NCBI GenBank assembly: GCA_020833025.1
Contig: JAJHRB010000011.1
Coordinates: 1 to 30,565, forward strand
Origin: Thermoproteaceae archaeon
GTDB taxonomy: Archaea; Thermoproteota; Thermoprotei; Thermoproteales; Thermoproteaceae
Direction: 5' to 3'
DNA: 30,565 nt
Part shown: positions 8,924 through 17,697 of the stretch, piece by piece
How positions within the stretch are numbered: position 1 is the first letter of the stretch
Layout: each line of letters opens with the position of its first letter
Notes under the pieces: generated by a model
What the model saw: the letters and a program-made list of their open reading frames with translations, nothing else
Database searches by the model: none
What the model was told of the DNA's origin: nothing
Position numbers and translations under genes: made by a program

Positions 8924-9459
8924 CACGCGCCGAGATAGGGCTTCAGGCACGTCTCGCGCCACAGCCTTGCGACCTCGCCCGTCACGGCAGCTATGACGCG
9001 CGGGTCGCCGCCCTTGACGTAGAGAATATCATCGTCATAGCCGCACGTGGCCCTCAGCAGAGCGTCCCGAGCGGCACGCGGCAGGCCCTCCCAGCGGTAC
9101 GGCCTGTAGCCGAGCCCCTCGAACAGCCGCATTGCCGGCGCGTTGTCCTCTCTCGTTGTCGCCAGGTATATGCCGGCGCCGCACTCCCGCTCGGCCAGCG
9201 TGACGAGGAGCCTGCCGAGGCCGCGCCCGCGGTGCTCCGGCGCCACCACCGCGTAGTAGTGCACGCACGCCGTGACAGCGAGCCTGACGGCGTAGAACAC
9301 TTCCGCGGCCACGGCCCTCCCGTCAACGCTTAAGACCAGAGCCCACGAGCGCGGCCACCTCTCCAGCACGGCGCGTGCGTACTTGACGCTCCCGTAGTAG
9401 GCGCCGATTAGCTCAAGAGCTGCTTTCTCGTCTCTCGACACGCTCAGCCGGGCGTGCAC
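8923..9459 (-). CDS. GNAT-family N-acetyltransferase
   Basis: Motif A VAPEHRGRGLGRLL, DNAPAMRLFEGLGY; GTG 9459 chosen because it lies just after the cutA stop. Confidence 0.85.
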   Translation of the reverse strand: MHARLSVSRDEKAALELIGAYYGSVKYARAVLERWPRSWALVLSVDGRAVAAEVFYAVRLAVTACVHYYAVVAPEHRGRGLGRLLVTLAERECGAGIYLATTREDNAPAMRLFEGLGYRPYRWEGLPRAARDALLRATCGYDDDILYVKGGDPRVIAAVTGEVARLWRETCLKPYLGA

Positions 9460-9469
9460 GGGGCTGCGC

Positions 9470-9781
9470 CTACGCGCCGGTCTCCCTGCGGACCCAGTCC
9501 AAGTAGTCGGCAAGACCTGCGGTTATGGGCAACGCTATTATCTCGGGGACCTTATACGGGTGAATCGCGCGGACCTCCCTGATGAGGTCGCCGAGCCTCT
9601 CGCTGGTGGTCTTCACGACCAGCAGCACCTCGCTCGACTCCTCAATTTTCCCCTCCCACCAGTACATCGACGACACCGGCGCTATGTTGACGCACGCCGC
9701 GAGCCTCCTCTCGAGCAGGCGCCTCGCCATCTTCACGCCGCTCTCGCGGTCCGGCGCCGTGATGAGCACGACCGCGTACAT
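9470..9781 (-). CDS. cutA: Divalent-cation tolerance protein CutA
   Basis: LLERRLAACVNI..SMYWWEGKIEE..E..L..KT..HPY.VPEIIALP. Confidence 0.95.
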   Translation of the reverse strand: MYAVVLITAPDRESGVKMARRLLERRLAACVNIAPVSSMYWWEGKIEESSEVLLVVKTTSERLGDLIREVRAIHPYKVPEIIALPITAGLADYLDWVRRETGA

Positions 9782-9800
9782 GACCCTGCCGGCGCCGCGC

Positions 9801-10640
9801 TTAAAAAAGCCGCGGCCGCGCGGCCGCGGGGAACATCCGCGCGATTGCCTCGAAGTCCTCGCCCGACAGCTCCAGCGCGAGCGCTCCCGCTATCTCGTCT
9901 ATGTGCTCCTTTCTCTCCGACTTCGGGATCGGCACCACGCCCCTCCTCACGTACCACGCGAGCGCCACCTGCACTGCCGTCGCGCCGTACTTCTTGCCCA
10001 CCTCGGCGAGCCTCGCGTCCCTCGCTATTGCCCCCCTCTCCAGCGGCGTGTAAGCAATATACGCCATCCCGTTGGAGAGGGCATAGGGTATCACGTCGAG
10101 CTCGTCGCGCCTGTGGTAGAGGGAGTAGTAGTTCTGCACGGCGGCCAACTCGTGCTTCTTCGCGCACGCCTCAGCCTCGAGAAGCTCTCCGAGCGAGAAG
10201 TTGCTGACGCCGAAGTACCTTATCACGCCGGCGTCAACCAGCGCCTCGAACGCTCTAATGGTCTCGCACACCGGCGCCGCGCTTGACGGCGCGTGGAGCA
10301 GGTACAGGTCTATGTACGTGCCGAGCCGCGAGGAGCTCCGACGCGCCGCCTTTATCACGTCGTCGTACCCCGCGTGAGTGGGCCACACCTTCGTGACGAT
10401 GAACAGCTCGTCTCTCGGGAACCCGCGAATAGCGGCGCCCACGAGCTCCTCAGCGTGCCCGCCGCCGTACATCTCGGCGGTGTCTATCAGCTTGATCCCG
10501 CGCCCGATTGCGTGCCTGATGGCCTCTATCCACTCCGCGTCCCTGCTGCGGTCAGGAGTCCAGAAGCCCCCGCCGATTCCCCACGTGCCCAGGCCGACCG
10601 CGGGAACGCAGCCGGCCCGCCTGAAGCACGCCCTCCTCAC
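9801..10640 (-). CDS. Aldo/keto reductase
   Basis: GLGTW, IDTAEMYG, FIVTKVW, DLYLLH, GVSNF, YTPL, IPKS. Confidence 0.93.
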   Translation of the reverse strand: MRRACFRRAGCVPAVGLGTWGIGGGFWTPDRSRDAEWIEAIRHAIGRGIKLIDTAEMYGGGHAEELVGAAIRGFPRDELFIVTKVWPTHAGYDDVIKAARRSSSRLGTYIDLYLLHAPSSAAPVCETIRAFEALVDAGVIRYFGVSNFSLGELLEAEACAKKHELAAVQNYYSLYHRRDELDVIPYALSNGMAYIAYTPLERGAIARDARLAEVGKKYGATAVQVALAWYVRRGVVPIPKSERKEHIDEIAGALALELSGEDFEAIARMFPAAARPRLF

Positions 10641-10664
10641 GCCGCCGCGCCTCGGGCCCGCTTA

Positions 10665-10874
10665 TTAGCGCTGCGCGCGCATTAGCACGAGATCCCCGGC
10701 TTCTATGACGCGCCAGCCCAGCCGAGCGAGGATGCGCGAGCACGCGCCCGGCCTCCTGGCCAGCGCGACGCGCCTCTCGTAGTCCACCGCGACTAGAGCG
10801 CGCGACATGAGGCAGAGCGATGCCGCCAGTCTCGAGAGGGCAAGCGCAAAGCCGCTGGGACCGCGGGCACTCAC
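10665..10874 (-). CDS. Small hypothetical protein
   Basis: T-rich TATA-like box on the minus strand (10893-10900) about 20-25 nt before GTG; fills the gap. Confidence 0.4.
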   Translation of the reverse strand: MSARGPSGFALALSRLAASLCLMSRALVAVDYERRVALARRPGACSRILARLGWRVIEAGDLVLMRAQR

Positions 10875-10972
10875 GGCGCTGCGCGCGCCCCTCTAAAAAA
10901 ATCCTGAGCGCCGGGCTCTCGGAAGTCGGCGGGGAGAGCTTTTTAGGGAGGGCAAGGACTGGGGAGAGCTCG

Positions 10973-11050
10973 GGGCCCGTAGCTCAGCCTGGAAAGAGCG
11001 GCGGCCTCCGGAGCCGTAGGTCGTGGGTTCGAATCCCACCGGGCCCGCCA
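10973..11050 (+). tRNA. tRNA-Arg(CCG), intronless, CCA encoded
   Basis: Full cloverleaf GGGCCCG/CGGGCCC, anticodon loop CT-CCG-GA, T-loop TTCGAAT, A20 Arg identity element; TTTTTA promoter at 10940-10945. Confidence 0.97.
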
Positions 11051-11364
11051 GTCTCGTGCTCTCCGCGACGGGCAGAAGTCCCAGCCCTCTCGCGCGCCTC
11101 ACTGCTCAATATCCGCGCGCCCCCAGCAATACGGGCGCGGCTCGCCGCCCTGGCCTCCAGACGCGGGCTCCTGCGCTGCCTCAACTGTCTGCGCTAGTGC
11201 AATTCCGGCGCCTTGCCCGCCCGTGCCGGAATTGATGAATGTAAAGCGCGGCTCGAAGCGGCCGCCGGGAGGGCAAGGAATAGTATGAAGCGCGGTCAGC
11301 AATACGGGTGGTGTATTAACAGCGAGCTGTAAGGCTTAAATAGCCGCCGCCCCTCCTTGCGGCG

Positions 11365-12446
11365 ATGCCAGACTTGGGGCGAGGGACAGGGCTTATCTCG
11401 TCCTTGAGGACGGCACTGTGCTCGTAGGCCGGCAGATCGGCGCCGACAGGGCTGCCGTCGGCGAGGTCGTCTTCACGACTTCTGTCGTCGGCTACCCCGA
11501 GACGCTGACGGATCCTAGCTACAAGGGCCAGATCGTTGTCTTCACGATGCCCCTGATAGGCAATTACGGCATTTCCGAGGACCAGATGGAGTCCGACGGC
11601 GTAAAGGCCGAGGGCGTCGCCGTCTTCGAGGCGACGCGGCCGAGCCACTACAAGTCTGCAATGTCGCTGGACGAGTGGCTGAGGGCCGAGGGAGTCCCGG
11701 GAGTCTCCAGAGTGGACACGAGGGCGCTGGTGCTCAAGCTGAGGGAGCACGGCGTCATGATGGGCGCGCTGGGGCCCCTGGAGCCTGACAGACTGCTGAG
11801 GATGCTGAGGGGCTCGGCAAGGTACGACGAGATGCTTTACGTCGATCTCGTCTCGGTGAGAGAGCCCGTAGAGCTCGGCGAGGGGCGCCTGTGCGTAGGC
11901 GTTGTCGACTGCGGCGTCAAGAGGTCAATAGTGAGGGAGCTCCTCAAGCGCGGCTTCAGGGTGAGGCTCGTTCCCTGCCGCAGGCCTGAGCTCGCCTTCG
12001 ACTGCGACGGGCTCCTGTTGAGCAACGGGCCGGGCAACCCCAAGCTGCTGGACTTCCTGGTGGAGCGCGTCAGAGAGTACTTCGAGTACAGGAAGCCGCT
12101 CATGGGCATATGCCTCGGCCACCAGGTAATAGGGCTTGCGTCCGGCGCGGGGGTCTACAAGCTGAAGTTCGGGCACAGGGCATGCAACAAGCCCGTCCGC
12201 GACCTGAGGTTCACCGGGAGGACCTACATCACGGTGCACAACCACGGGTACGCCGTCGACCCGCGCGGCACGGAGCTCAAGGTCTGGGCAGTGCAGCCTG
12301 ACGACGGGACTGTCGAGGGGCTCTACCACGAGAGGCTCCCGCTCGTCACTGCGCAGTTCCACCCCGAGGCCTCGCCGGGCCCGAACGACACGAAGTGGCT
12401 CTTCGACGTTTTCGCCAGGATGGTGAGGGGCCATGCCGGACGTTAG
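11365..12446 (+). CDS. carA: Carbamoyl-phosphate synthase small subunit; 5' end frameshifted as sequenced
   Basis: AYLVLEDG, GEVVFTT..GY..LTDPSY.GQI, LSNGPG.P, GICLGHQ, HNHGYAV, QFHPEASPGP; ATG 11365 is out of frame by 1 nt. Confidence 0.92.
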
Positions 12447-15400
12447 GAGGGTCCTAGTGATAGGCTCGGGGGCCATAAAGATAGCGGAGGCTGCCGAGTT
12501 TGACTACTCGGGCTCCCAGGCGCTCAAGGCGTTCAGGGAGGAGGGCATAGAGACCGTGCTCGTCAACCCAAACGTCGCGACGATACAGACGTCGAGAGCC
12601 CTCGCCGACAGGGTCTACTTCGTGCCCATACAGCTCCCGCTCCTCGAGCGCGTTATAGAGCGCGAGAGGCCGGACGCCGTCGCGTGCGGCTTCGGCGGCC
12701 AGACAGCACTGTCGGCGTGTGTGGAGCTCCACGACGCGGGCGTGCTGCAGAGGTACGGCATCAGGGTTCTCGGCACGCCGATTGAGGGCATAAGGAAGGC
12801 GCTGTCGAGATCTCTCTTCCAGCGTGCGATGAGAGAGGCCGGCATACCGGTGCCCCCCAGCGGGGCGGCGACATCGCCGGAGGGGGCCGTTAGGCTCGCG
12901 CGGGAGATAGGCTATCCTGTCGTCGTGAGGGTGAGCTTCAACCTCGGAGGCGCGGGGGCCTTCGTGGCCTGGAGCGAGGGAGAGCTCGTCGCGAGGCTCT
13001 ACAAGGCATTTGCCCAGTCGGCAATACGCGAGGTCCTGGTGGAGAGGTACCTCGACGGCTGGAAGGAGGTTGAGTTCGAGGTCGTGAGGGACGCGCATGA
13101 CAACGTGGCGGCGGTTGTCTGCATGGAGAACGTCGACCCCATGGGCGTCCACACCGGGGACTCTATAGTCGTCGCGCCGTGCCTCACGCTAACAAACGAG
13201 GAGTACCAGAGGGCGCGCGACATATCGATAGGAGTCGCGCGCGCGGTTGGCGTGATCGGCGAGTGCAACGTGCAGGTGGCGGTGAACTACGCGGGGCCCG
13301 AGCAGTACGCGATAGAGACGAACCCGCGCATGTCGCGCTCGAGCGCGCTCGCGTCCAAGGCGTCGGGATACCCCCTGGCCTTCATAGCGGCAAAGCTCGC
13401 GCTGGGCTACAGGCTCGACGAGGTCCTGAACACCGTCACGAGACGCACTGTCGCCGCGTTTGAGCCCGCGCTGGACTACATCGTGGTCAAGCACCCGAGG
13501 TGGGAGAGCGACAGGTTCGGGATCGGCGAGGGGCTCGGCCCCGAGATGATGTCAATAGGCGAGGCAATGGCAATAGGCCGCACGCTGGAGGAGGCGTGGC
13601 AGAAGGCGGTCAGAATGGTCGACATAGGGGAGCCGGGTCTCGTCGGCGGCAAGATGTTCAGGGAAATAGCGCTGGAGAGGGCCGTCGAGTGCCTGAAGAG
13701 GCGCGAGCCGTACTGGCCTATATGCGCAGCGAGGGCGATATATCTCGGCGTTGGCGTCGACGAGATAAACAAGTTGACCCGCGTCGACAAGTTCTTCCTC
13801 ATGGCAATAGAGCGCGTCGTCAGCGCTTACAGGGCCTTGGAGAGGGGCGAGGCCGACATCGAGGAGCTGAAGCTCCTCGGCTTCTCCGACCTGCAGATAG
13901 CGGAGGCGCTGGGAGTGAGCGAGGAAGAGGTGCGCAAGATGAGGAGGCGTCCCGCCGTCAAGAAGATAGACACGCTCGCCGGCGAGTGGCCCGCCGAGAC
14001 CAACTATCTCTACGTCACGTACGGCGGGGCTCGCGACGACGAGACCCCGCGCGTTGACTTCCTGGTAGTCGGCGCCGGCGTGTTCAGGATAGGCGTCAGC
14101 GTGGAGTTCGACTGGTCCACTGTGAACCTTGCGTGGGAGCTCAAGAGGCGGGGCTTCAGGGTGGCCGTTCTCAACTACAATCCCGAGACCGTGTCGACGG
14201 ACTGGGACGTCGTTGACAAGCTCTACTTCGACGAGATATCGGTGGAGAGAATTCTCGACATACTGGAGAAGGAGGGGAGCGGAACCGCCGTGGTTCTCTA
14301 CGCGGGGGCCCAGATAGGCCAGAGGATCTACAAGAGGCTGGAGGATGCCGGCGTAAAGATCGGGGGGACGAGGGCGCGCTCGGTAGACGCGGCGGAGGAC
14401 CGCGAGAAGTTCTCGAAGCTGCTGGACAGACTCGGCGTGAGGCAGCCGCCGTGGCTCTCGGCCAGGTCCCTCGCGGAGGCCGTCAAGCTCGCGGAGAGTC
14501 TCGGCTATCCGGTCCTCGTGAGGCCGAGCTACGTCCTGGGCGGCACGTCAATGGCCGTCGCGCGTAACGAGCGCGAGCTCGCGGACTTCTTGAGGCGGGC
14601 CGCAAGAGTGAGCGGCGAGCACCCGGTCGTCGTCTCCAAGTTCATCGCGCGCGGGATCGAGGCAGAGGTCGATGCCGTGTCTGACGGCAGGAGGGTCGTC
14701 GCGACGCCGATAGAGCACGTGGAGCCCCCCGGCGTTCACTCCGGCGACTCGACGATGGTCCTCCCGCCGAGGAGGCTCGATGGCGCCGCGGTGAGGAGGC
14801 TCGTCGAGATAGCCCACCTCATAGCGAGAGAGCTGGAAGTCAGAGGGCCCCTGAACGTTCAGTTCGTCGTCAGCGACGACGTATACGTGATAGAGGCAAA
14901 CCTGAGGGTCAGCCGCTCGATGCCCTTCGTCAGCAAGGCCACCGGCGTCAGCTACATGTCTCTCGTCGCCGACGTGCTTGCAAGCGGCAGGCTGCAGACA
15001 GACGGCGATGTGGCGATTCTGAGGCCGGCGAGATGGTGGGTCAAGACGCCGCAGTTCTCGTGGGCAAGGCTCAGGGGCGCCTACCCAAGGCTCGGCCCGG
15101 TCATGTACAGCACGGGCGAGGTGGCGGCTAGCGGCTCGACGTACGAGGAGGCCCTGCTGAAGAGCTGGCTGGCGGCAACGCCGAATAGAATACCGGCCAG
15201 GAACGCGCTGGTGTACACGTACGACGAGAGCCACGCCGAGAACATCAAGCTCGCGGCGTCTATACTGTCCCGGCGCCTCGAGGTCCTCACGCCCGAGGAG
15301 CTGGGAGACAAAGTCGTCGAGATGTTAAAGTGGGGGGAGGTCGACATAGTCATGACAGCGGGAGACACGCCGGACAGGGACTTTCACATCAGGAGGGCTG

Positions 15401-15510
15401 CCGCCGACACCAACACGCCGCTCGTGCTCGACTCGATGCTGGCGGTGGAGCTCGCCAGGGCGTTCGTGTGGTACTACGGCGGCGGGAGGCTGGAGGTGGA
15501 GCCGTGGTAG
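12433..15510 (+). CDS. carB: Carbamoyl-phosphate synthase large subunit
   Basis: VLVIGSG.I.I..AAEFDYSGSQA, ENVDPMGVHTGDS, IETNPRMSRSSALASKA, RPSYVLGG, MYSTGEV. Confidence 0.97.
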   Translation: MPDVRRVLVIGSGAIKIAEAAEFDYSGSQALKAFREEGIETVLVNPNVATIQTSRALADRVYFVPIQLPLLERVIERERPDAVACGFGGQTALSACVELHDAGVLQRYGIRVLGTPIEGIRKALSRSLFQRAMREAGIPVPPSGAATSPEGAVRLAREIGYPVVVRVSFNLGGAGAFVAWSEGELVARLYKAFAQSAIREVLVERYLDGWKEVEFEVVRDAHDNVAAVVCMENVDPMGVHTGDSIVVAPCLTLTNEEYQRARDISIGVARAVGVIGECNVQVAVNYAGPEQYAIETNPRMSRSSALASKASGYPLAFIAAKLALGYRLDEVLNTVTRRTVAAFEPALDYIVVKHPRWESDRFGIGEGLGPEMMSIGEAMAIGRTLEEAWQKAVRMVDIGEPGLVGGKMFREIALERAVECLKRREPYWPICAARAIYLGVGVDEINKLTRVDKFFLMAIERVVSAYRALERGEADIEELKLLGFSDLQIAEALGVSEEEVRKMRRRPAVKKIDTLAGEWPAETNYLYVTYGGARDDETPRVDFLVVGAGVFRIGVSVEFDWSTVNLAWELKRRGFRVAVLNYNPETVSTDWDVVDKLYFDEISVERILDILEKEGSGTAVVLYAGAQIGQRIYKRLEDAGVKIGGTRARSVDAAEDREKFSKLLDRLGVRQPPWLSARSLAEAVKLAESLGYPVLVRPSYVLGGTSMAVARNERELADFLRRAARVSGEHPVVVSKFIARGIEAEVDAVSDGRRVVATPIEHVEPPGVHSGDSTMVLPPRRLDGAAVRRLVEIAHLIARELEVRGPLNVQFVVSDDVYVIEANLRVSRSMPFVSKATGVSYMSLVADVLASGRLQTDGDVAILRPARWWVKTPQFSWARLRGAYPRLGPVMYSTGEVAASGSTYEEALLKSWLAATPNRIPARNALVYTYDESHAENIKLAASILSRRLEVLTPEELGDKVVEMLKWGEVDIVMTAGDTPDRDFHIRRAAADTNTPLVLDSMLAVELARAFVWYYGGGRLEVEPW

Positions 15511-16064
15511 CGCACGGCGGCGCTGTAGAGTTCAGACTCGGCAAGGTCTCCGTGCTGCCGCTCAAGGGTGACATCACCGAGGTTGAGGCAGAGGTGATAG
15601 TCAACGCAGCGAACCCGTACCTAGAGCACGGCGGCGGCGTGGCCGCGGCAATAGTCAGGAGGGGCGGGCACGTAATTCAGGAGGAGAGTAGAAAGTGGGT
15701 CAGGAGGCACGGCCCCGTGCCGGTCGGCGGCGTCGCCGTGACGTCCGCCGGGAGGCTCAGGGCGAGGTACGTGGTGCACGCGGTGGGCCCTAGGTGCGGC
15801 GCAGAGCCGGTGGAGAAGATACGCGAGGCCGTCGAGAACGCACTGCTCAAAGCCGACGAGCTAGGAGCCGAGTCGGTCGCGCTGCCGGCAATAAGCACTG
15901 GCGCGTTCGGCTGTCCCTACGAGGACGCGGCCGTCCAGACGGCCGAGGCGATAAGGGCCGTGTCAGGCCGCCTGAAATGCGTGAGGAGGATAATGGTCGT
16001 GTTGTACACCGACGAGGCCTACAGCGCGTTCGTGAGGGCGTTCGGCAAGATTCTCGCGCACTGA
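15504..16064 (+). CDS. Macrodomain (ADP-ribose-binding/processing) protein
   Basis: GDITE..IVNAAN..L.HGGGVA.AI, YVVHAVGP, VALPAISTGAFG; GTG 15504 overlaps the carB end. Confidence 0.92.
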   Translation: MVAHGGAVEFRLGKVSVLPLKGDITEVEAEVIVNAANPYLEHGGGVAAAIVRRGGHVIQEESRKWVRRHGPVPVGGVAVTSAGRLRARYVVHAVGPRCGAEPVEKIREAVENALLKADELGAESVALPAISTGAFGCPYEDAAVQTAEAIRAVSGRLKCVRRIMVVLYTDEAYSAFVRAFGKILAH

Positions 16065-16121
16065 CGGCGCGAGCATGACGCGCGTTCCAGGTCCATGTAA
16101 AGGACAGCTGGACGGGGCGGC

Positions 16122-16257
16122 TGGTCGGCCCGCCGGGATTTGTGGGCGGGTTTCCCCTGAACCCGGGACCGCCCGCTACAGGCCCGGGGAATTGCGCCCT
16201 GCTGTCCCCCCGGGGGCTGTCTACAGCCGGGCGCTCTGACCGCTGAGCTACGGGCCG
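16122..16257 (-). tRNA. tRNA-Tyr(GTA) with two non-canonical introns (39/40, 43 nt, 16176-16218; 56/57, 17 nt, 16142-16158)
   Basis: C1-G72 acceptor CGGCCCG/CGGGCCG-A-CCA; removing both introns gives a perfect 76-nt cloverleaf; bulge-helix motifs at both junctions; TTTTAAA about 25 nt upstream. Confidence 0.88.
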
Positions 16258-16339
16258 TGCCCGCACATTTGAGGCGGGCTCTTTAAAAGCATTGCTCCGC
16301 ACAGCTTTATATCTGCCGCGCGGGCCGCCACAGGGACTG

Positions 16340-16457
16340 GTGACGACAGCCCAGTAGGCGAATGCGTGAAGACGCGGGACCGGCCTCTCGTCCTGGCTCT
16401 CTCGTGATGAGGTCAGCGGCGGGTGACTCGAGATGGCCGGAGAGGGGCCTCTACTGA
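16340..16457 (+). ncRNA. Possible tandem C/D-box sRNA-like unit(s)
   Basis: TTTATAT at 16306; GTGACGA-11nt-GCGA-GTGAAGA (no clear D box), then GTGATGA-12nt-GTGA...CTGA; no plausible ORF on +. Confidence 0.4.
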
Positions 16458-16472
16458 CCGGCGCGGGCGCGC

Positions 16473-16583
16473 TCACGCGGGGAGCCCGCAGCCTCTGAGC
16501 AGGTGATCGACGACGGGCTTGAGAAGCTCGGCGTCGAACACCACGCGGGATATTCCGCTGCCGCTCACGGAGGCGGACTTGAC
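16473..16583 (-). pseudogene. 3' remnant of a protein-coding gene cut at the CRISPR repeat
   Basis: 36 codons VKSASVSGSGISRVVFDAELLKPVVDHLLRGCGLPA* with 31/36 G/C third positions, no start, directly abutting the repeat. Confidence 0.45.
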
Positions 16584-16608
16584 GTTTCAACCCTTCTTGA
16601 GATTCGAC
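16584..16608 (-). CRISPR. Solitary CRISPR repeat (copy 1), GTCGAATCTCAAGAAGGGTTGAAAC
   Basis: Ends in the GTTGAAAC handle and resembles Thermoproteales GAATCTCAA...GAAA(C/G) repeats; identical to 28623-28647; no spacer-repeat unit follows. Confidence 0.8.
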
Positions 16609-16693
16609 CGCTTACATGGAGCCCTTTCTTGCTCTTTTAAGCTTTTCGCTCCCGGCCTGCGCCCACGGGCCGCCGCACTGGACGCGCTATAAA
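16609..16693 (-). promoter_or_regulatory. CRISPR leader-like region with BRE/TATA
   Basis: Minus strand GAAAAGCTTAAAAG about 30 nt before repeat copy 1. Confidence 0.6.
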
Positions 16694-17275
16694 CTATTTT
16701 TCGCAGATCTTCTTGGGCGGCGGCGCCGTTAAAACCCCCACGAGCTCTACTGCCTCCACGGCCGCCACCTCAAGCCCGCCCTGCGGCGTGGCCACGGTCA
16801 CGCGCGGCGCGACGGCGAGAGCCTCGTAGAGCCTGCGGCCGCACCCCTCGTCCCCAATCTCGACGCCGAGCGCGTACACCGGGGGCGGGCTCTCGCCGAA
16901 GTAAATGCCGAGCACGCCCTCGATGTACGGCTGCGTTGTCGCGACCGCGAGGTAGTACGCGCCGCGCAGCCTCTCGAGAAGCGCGCATATCTGCTGCCGG
17001 CGTTCAAGCACCATCTCGGGCGTGACGGCTTGCCAGTCGTAGTAGTCCGGATCGCCCCCGGTTATCTTCGACGTGTTGTAGCGAATCACGAGGTAGCTCG
17101 CGGGGCACCTCGCGTCCAGCGCGTGCTCGTCAAACTCATCCTCGTGGCAGAACACCATTAAATCGCCGTTGCCGATTATATACTCAGGGGGCCCGCCCTC
17201 TAGAGGGCCGAACACCTCCCTCACTGCCTTCAGCGCGTCGCCGCAGTTCCCCCACCTCAGCAGAAGCAAGAGCAT
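16694..17275 (-). CDS. Hypothetical alpha/beta protein (193 aa), last gene of the ATPase trio
   Basis: Starts 8 bp after the upstream stop; coding-like composition; no family recognised. Confidence 0.75.
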   Translation of the reverse strand: MLLLLLRWGNCGDALKAVREVFGPLEGGPPEYIIGNGDLMVFCHEDEFDEHALDARCPASYLVIRYNTSKITGGDPDYYDWQAVTPEMVLERRQQICALLERLRGAYYLAVATTQPYIEGVLGIYFGESPPPVYALGVEIGDEGCGRRLYEALAVAPRVTVATPQGGLEVAAVEAVELVGVLTAPPPKKICEK

Positions 17276-17283
17276 GTGCTACC

Positions 17284-17697
17284 TCAGGCACATATTTTAT
17301 TCGAAGGCGCCACGAGTCTCACATTAATGTGTGAGTGTTGGAAGTACTCGCGCACTTGCTTGCCAAGCTTGGCAGTGCGTGATACGATAATGAGTACATC
17401 GGCAAGGAGGTCGTGGACCTTGTACTGTGCTAACACCGCCGATTTCGTATTCAGAAACTTCTTGACAAGCGAGTCTTTGCAGCCCCACAAGTCCCTCTCA
17501 GTGGCCTCCACGATGTACAGCCTTCTGCCGCACATGCACACATAGTCTGCAACCCTGCCGGCGGGCTTTATACTGCACGGCGTGCAACCAGTTACCTGGG
17601 GGTCTGCCGCGCAGCAGCAGTCCGCGTAGAACGGGGCACGGCACTGTTGCTGCAAGCAGCGCCGCGCGCGTAGGTCCAGGTACAGAATCGCTCTCAT
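17284..17697 (-). CDS. Cys-rich PD-(D/E)XK-like protein (137 aa)
   Basis: GRVADYV..RLYIVEAT resembles a PD-(D/E)XK core with Lys replaced by Thr; 11 Cys; ATGA overlap with the ATPase. Confidence 0.55.
   Translation of the reverse strand: MRAILYLDLRARRCLQQQCRAPFYADCCCAADPQVTGCTPCSIKPAGRVADYVCMCGRRLYIVEATERDLWGCKDSLVKKFLNTKSAVLAQYKVHDLLADVLIIVSRTAKLGKQVREYFQHSHINVRLVAPSNKICA

Noticed and set aside
10984-11184. ORF overlapping tRNA-Arg antisense as a possible split-integrase fragment
   Set aside because: GGIRTHDL is just the antisense translation of a tRNA; no integrase motifs and no att duplicate in the window
16330-16580. Possible RNase P RNA or SRP RNA
   Set aside because: Conserved motifs (RNase P GAGGAAA-type CR-I, SRP GCCAGG..GGAAG..AGCA) are not found
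15847-16590. 247-aa minus-strand ORF
   Set aside because: Runs through tRNA-Tyr, the macrodomain gene and the repeat; low complexity, spurious
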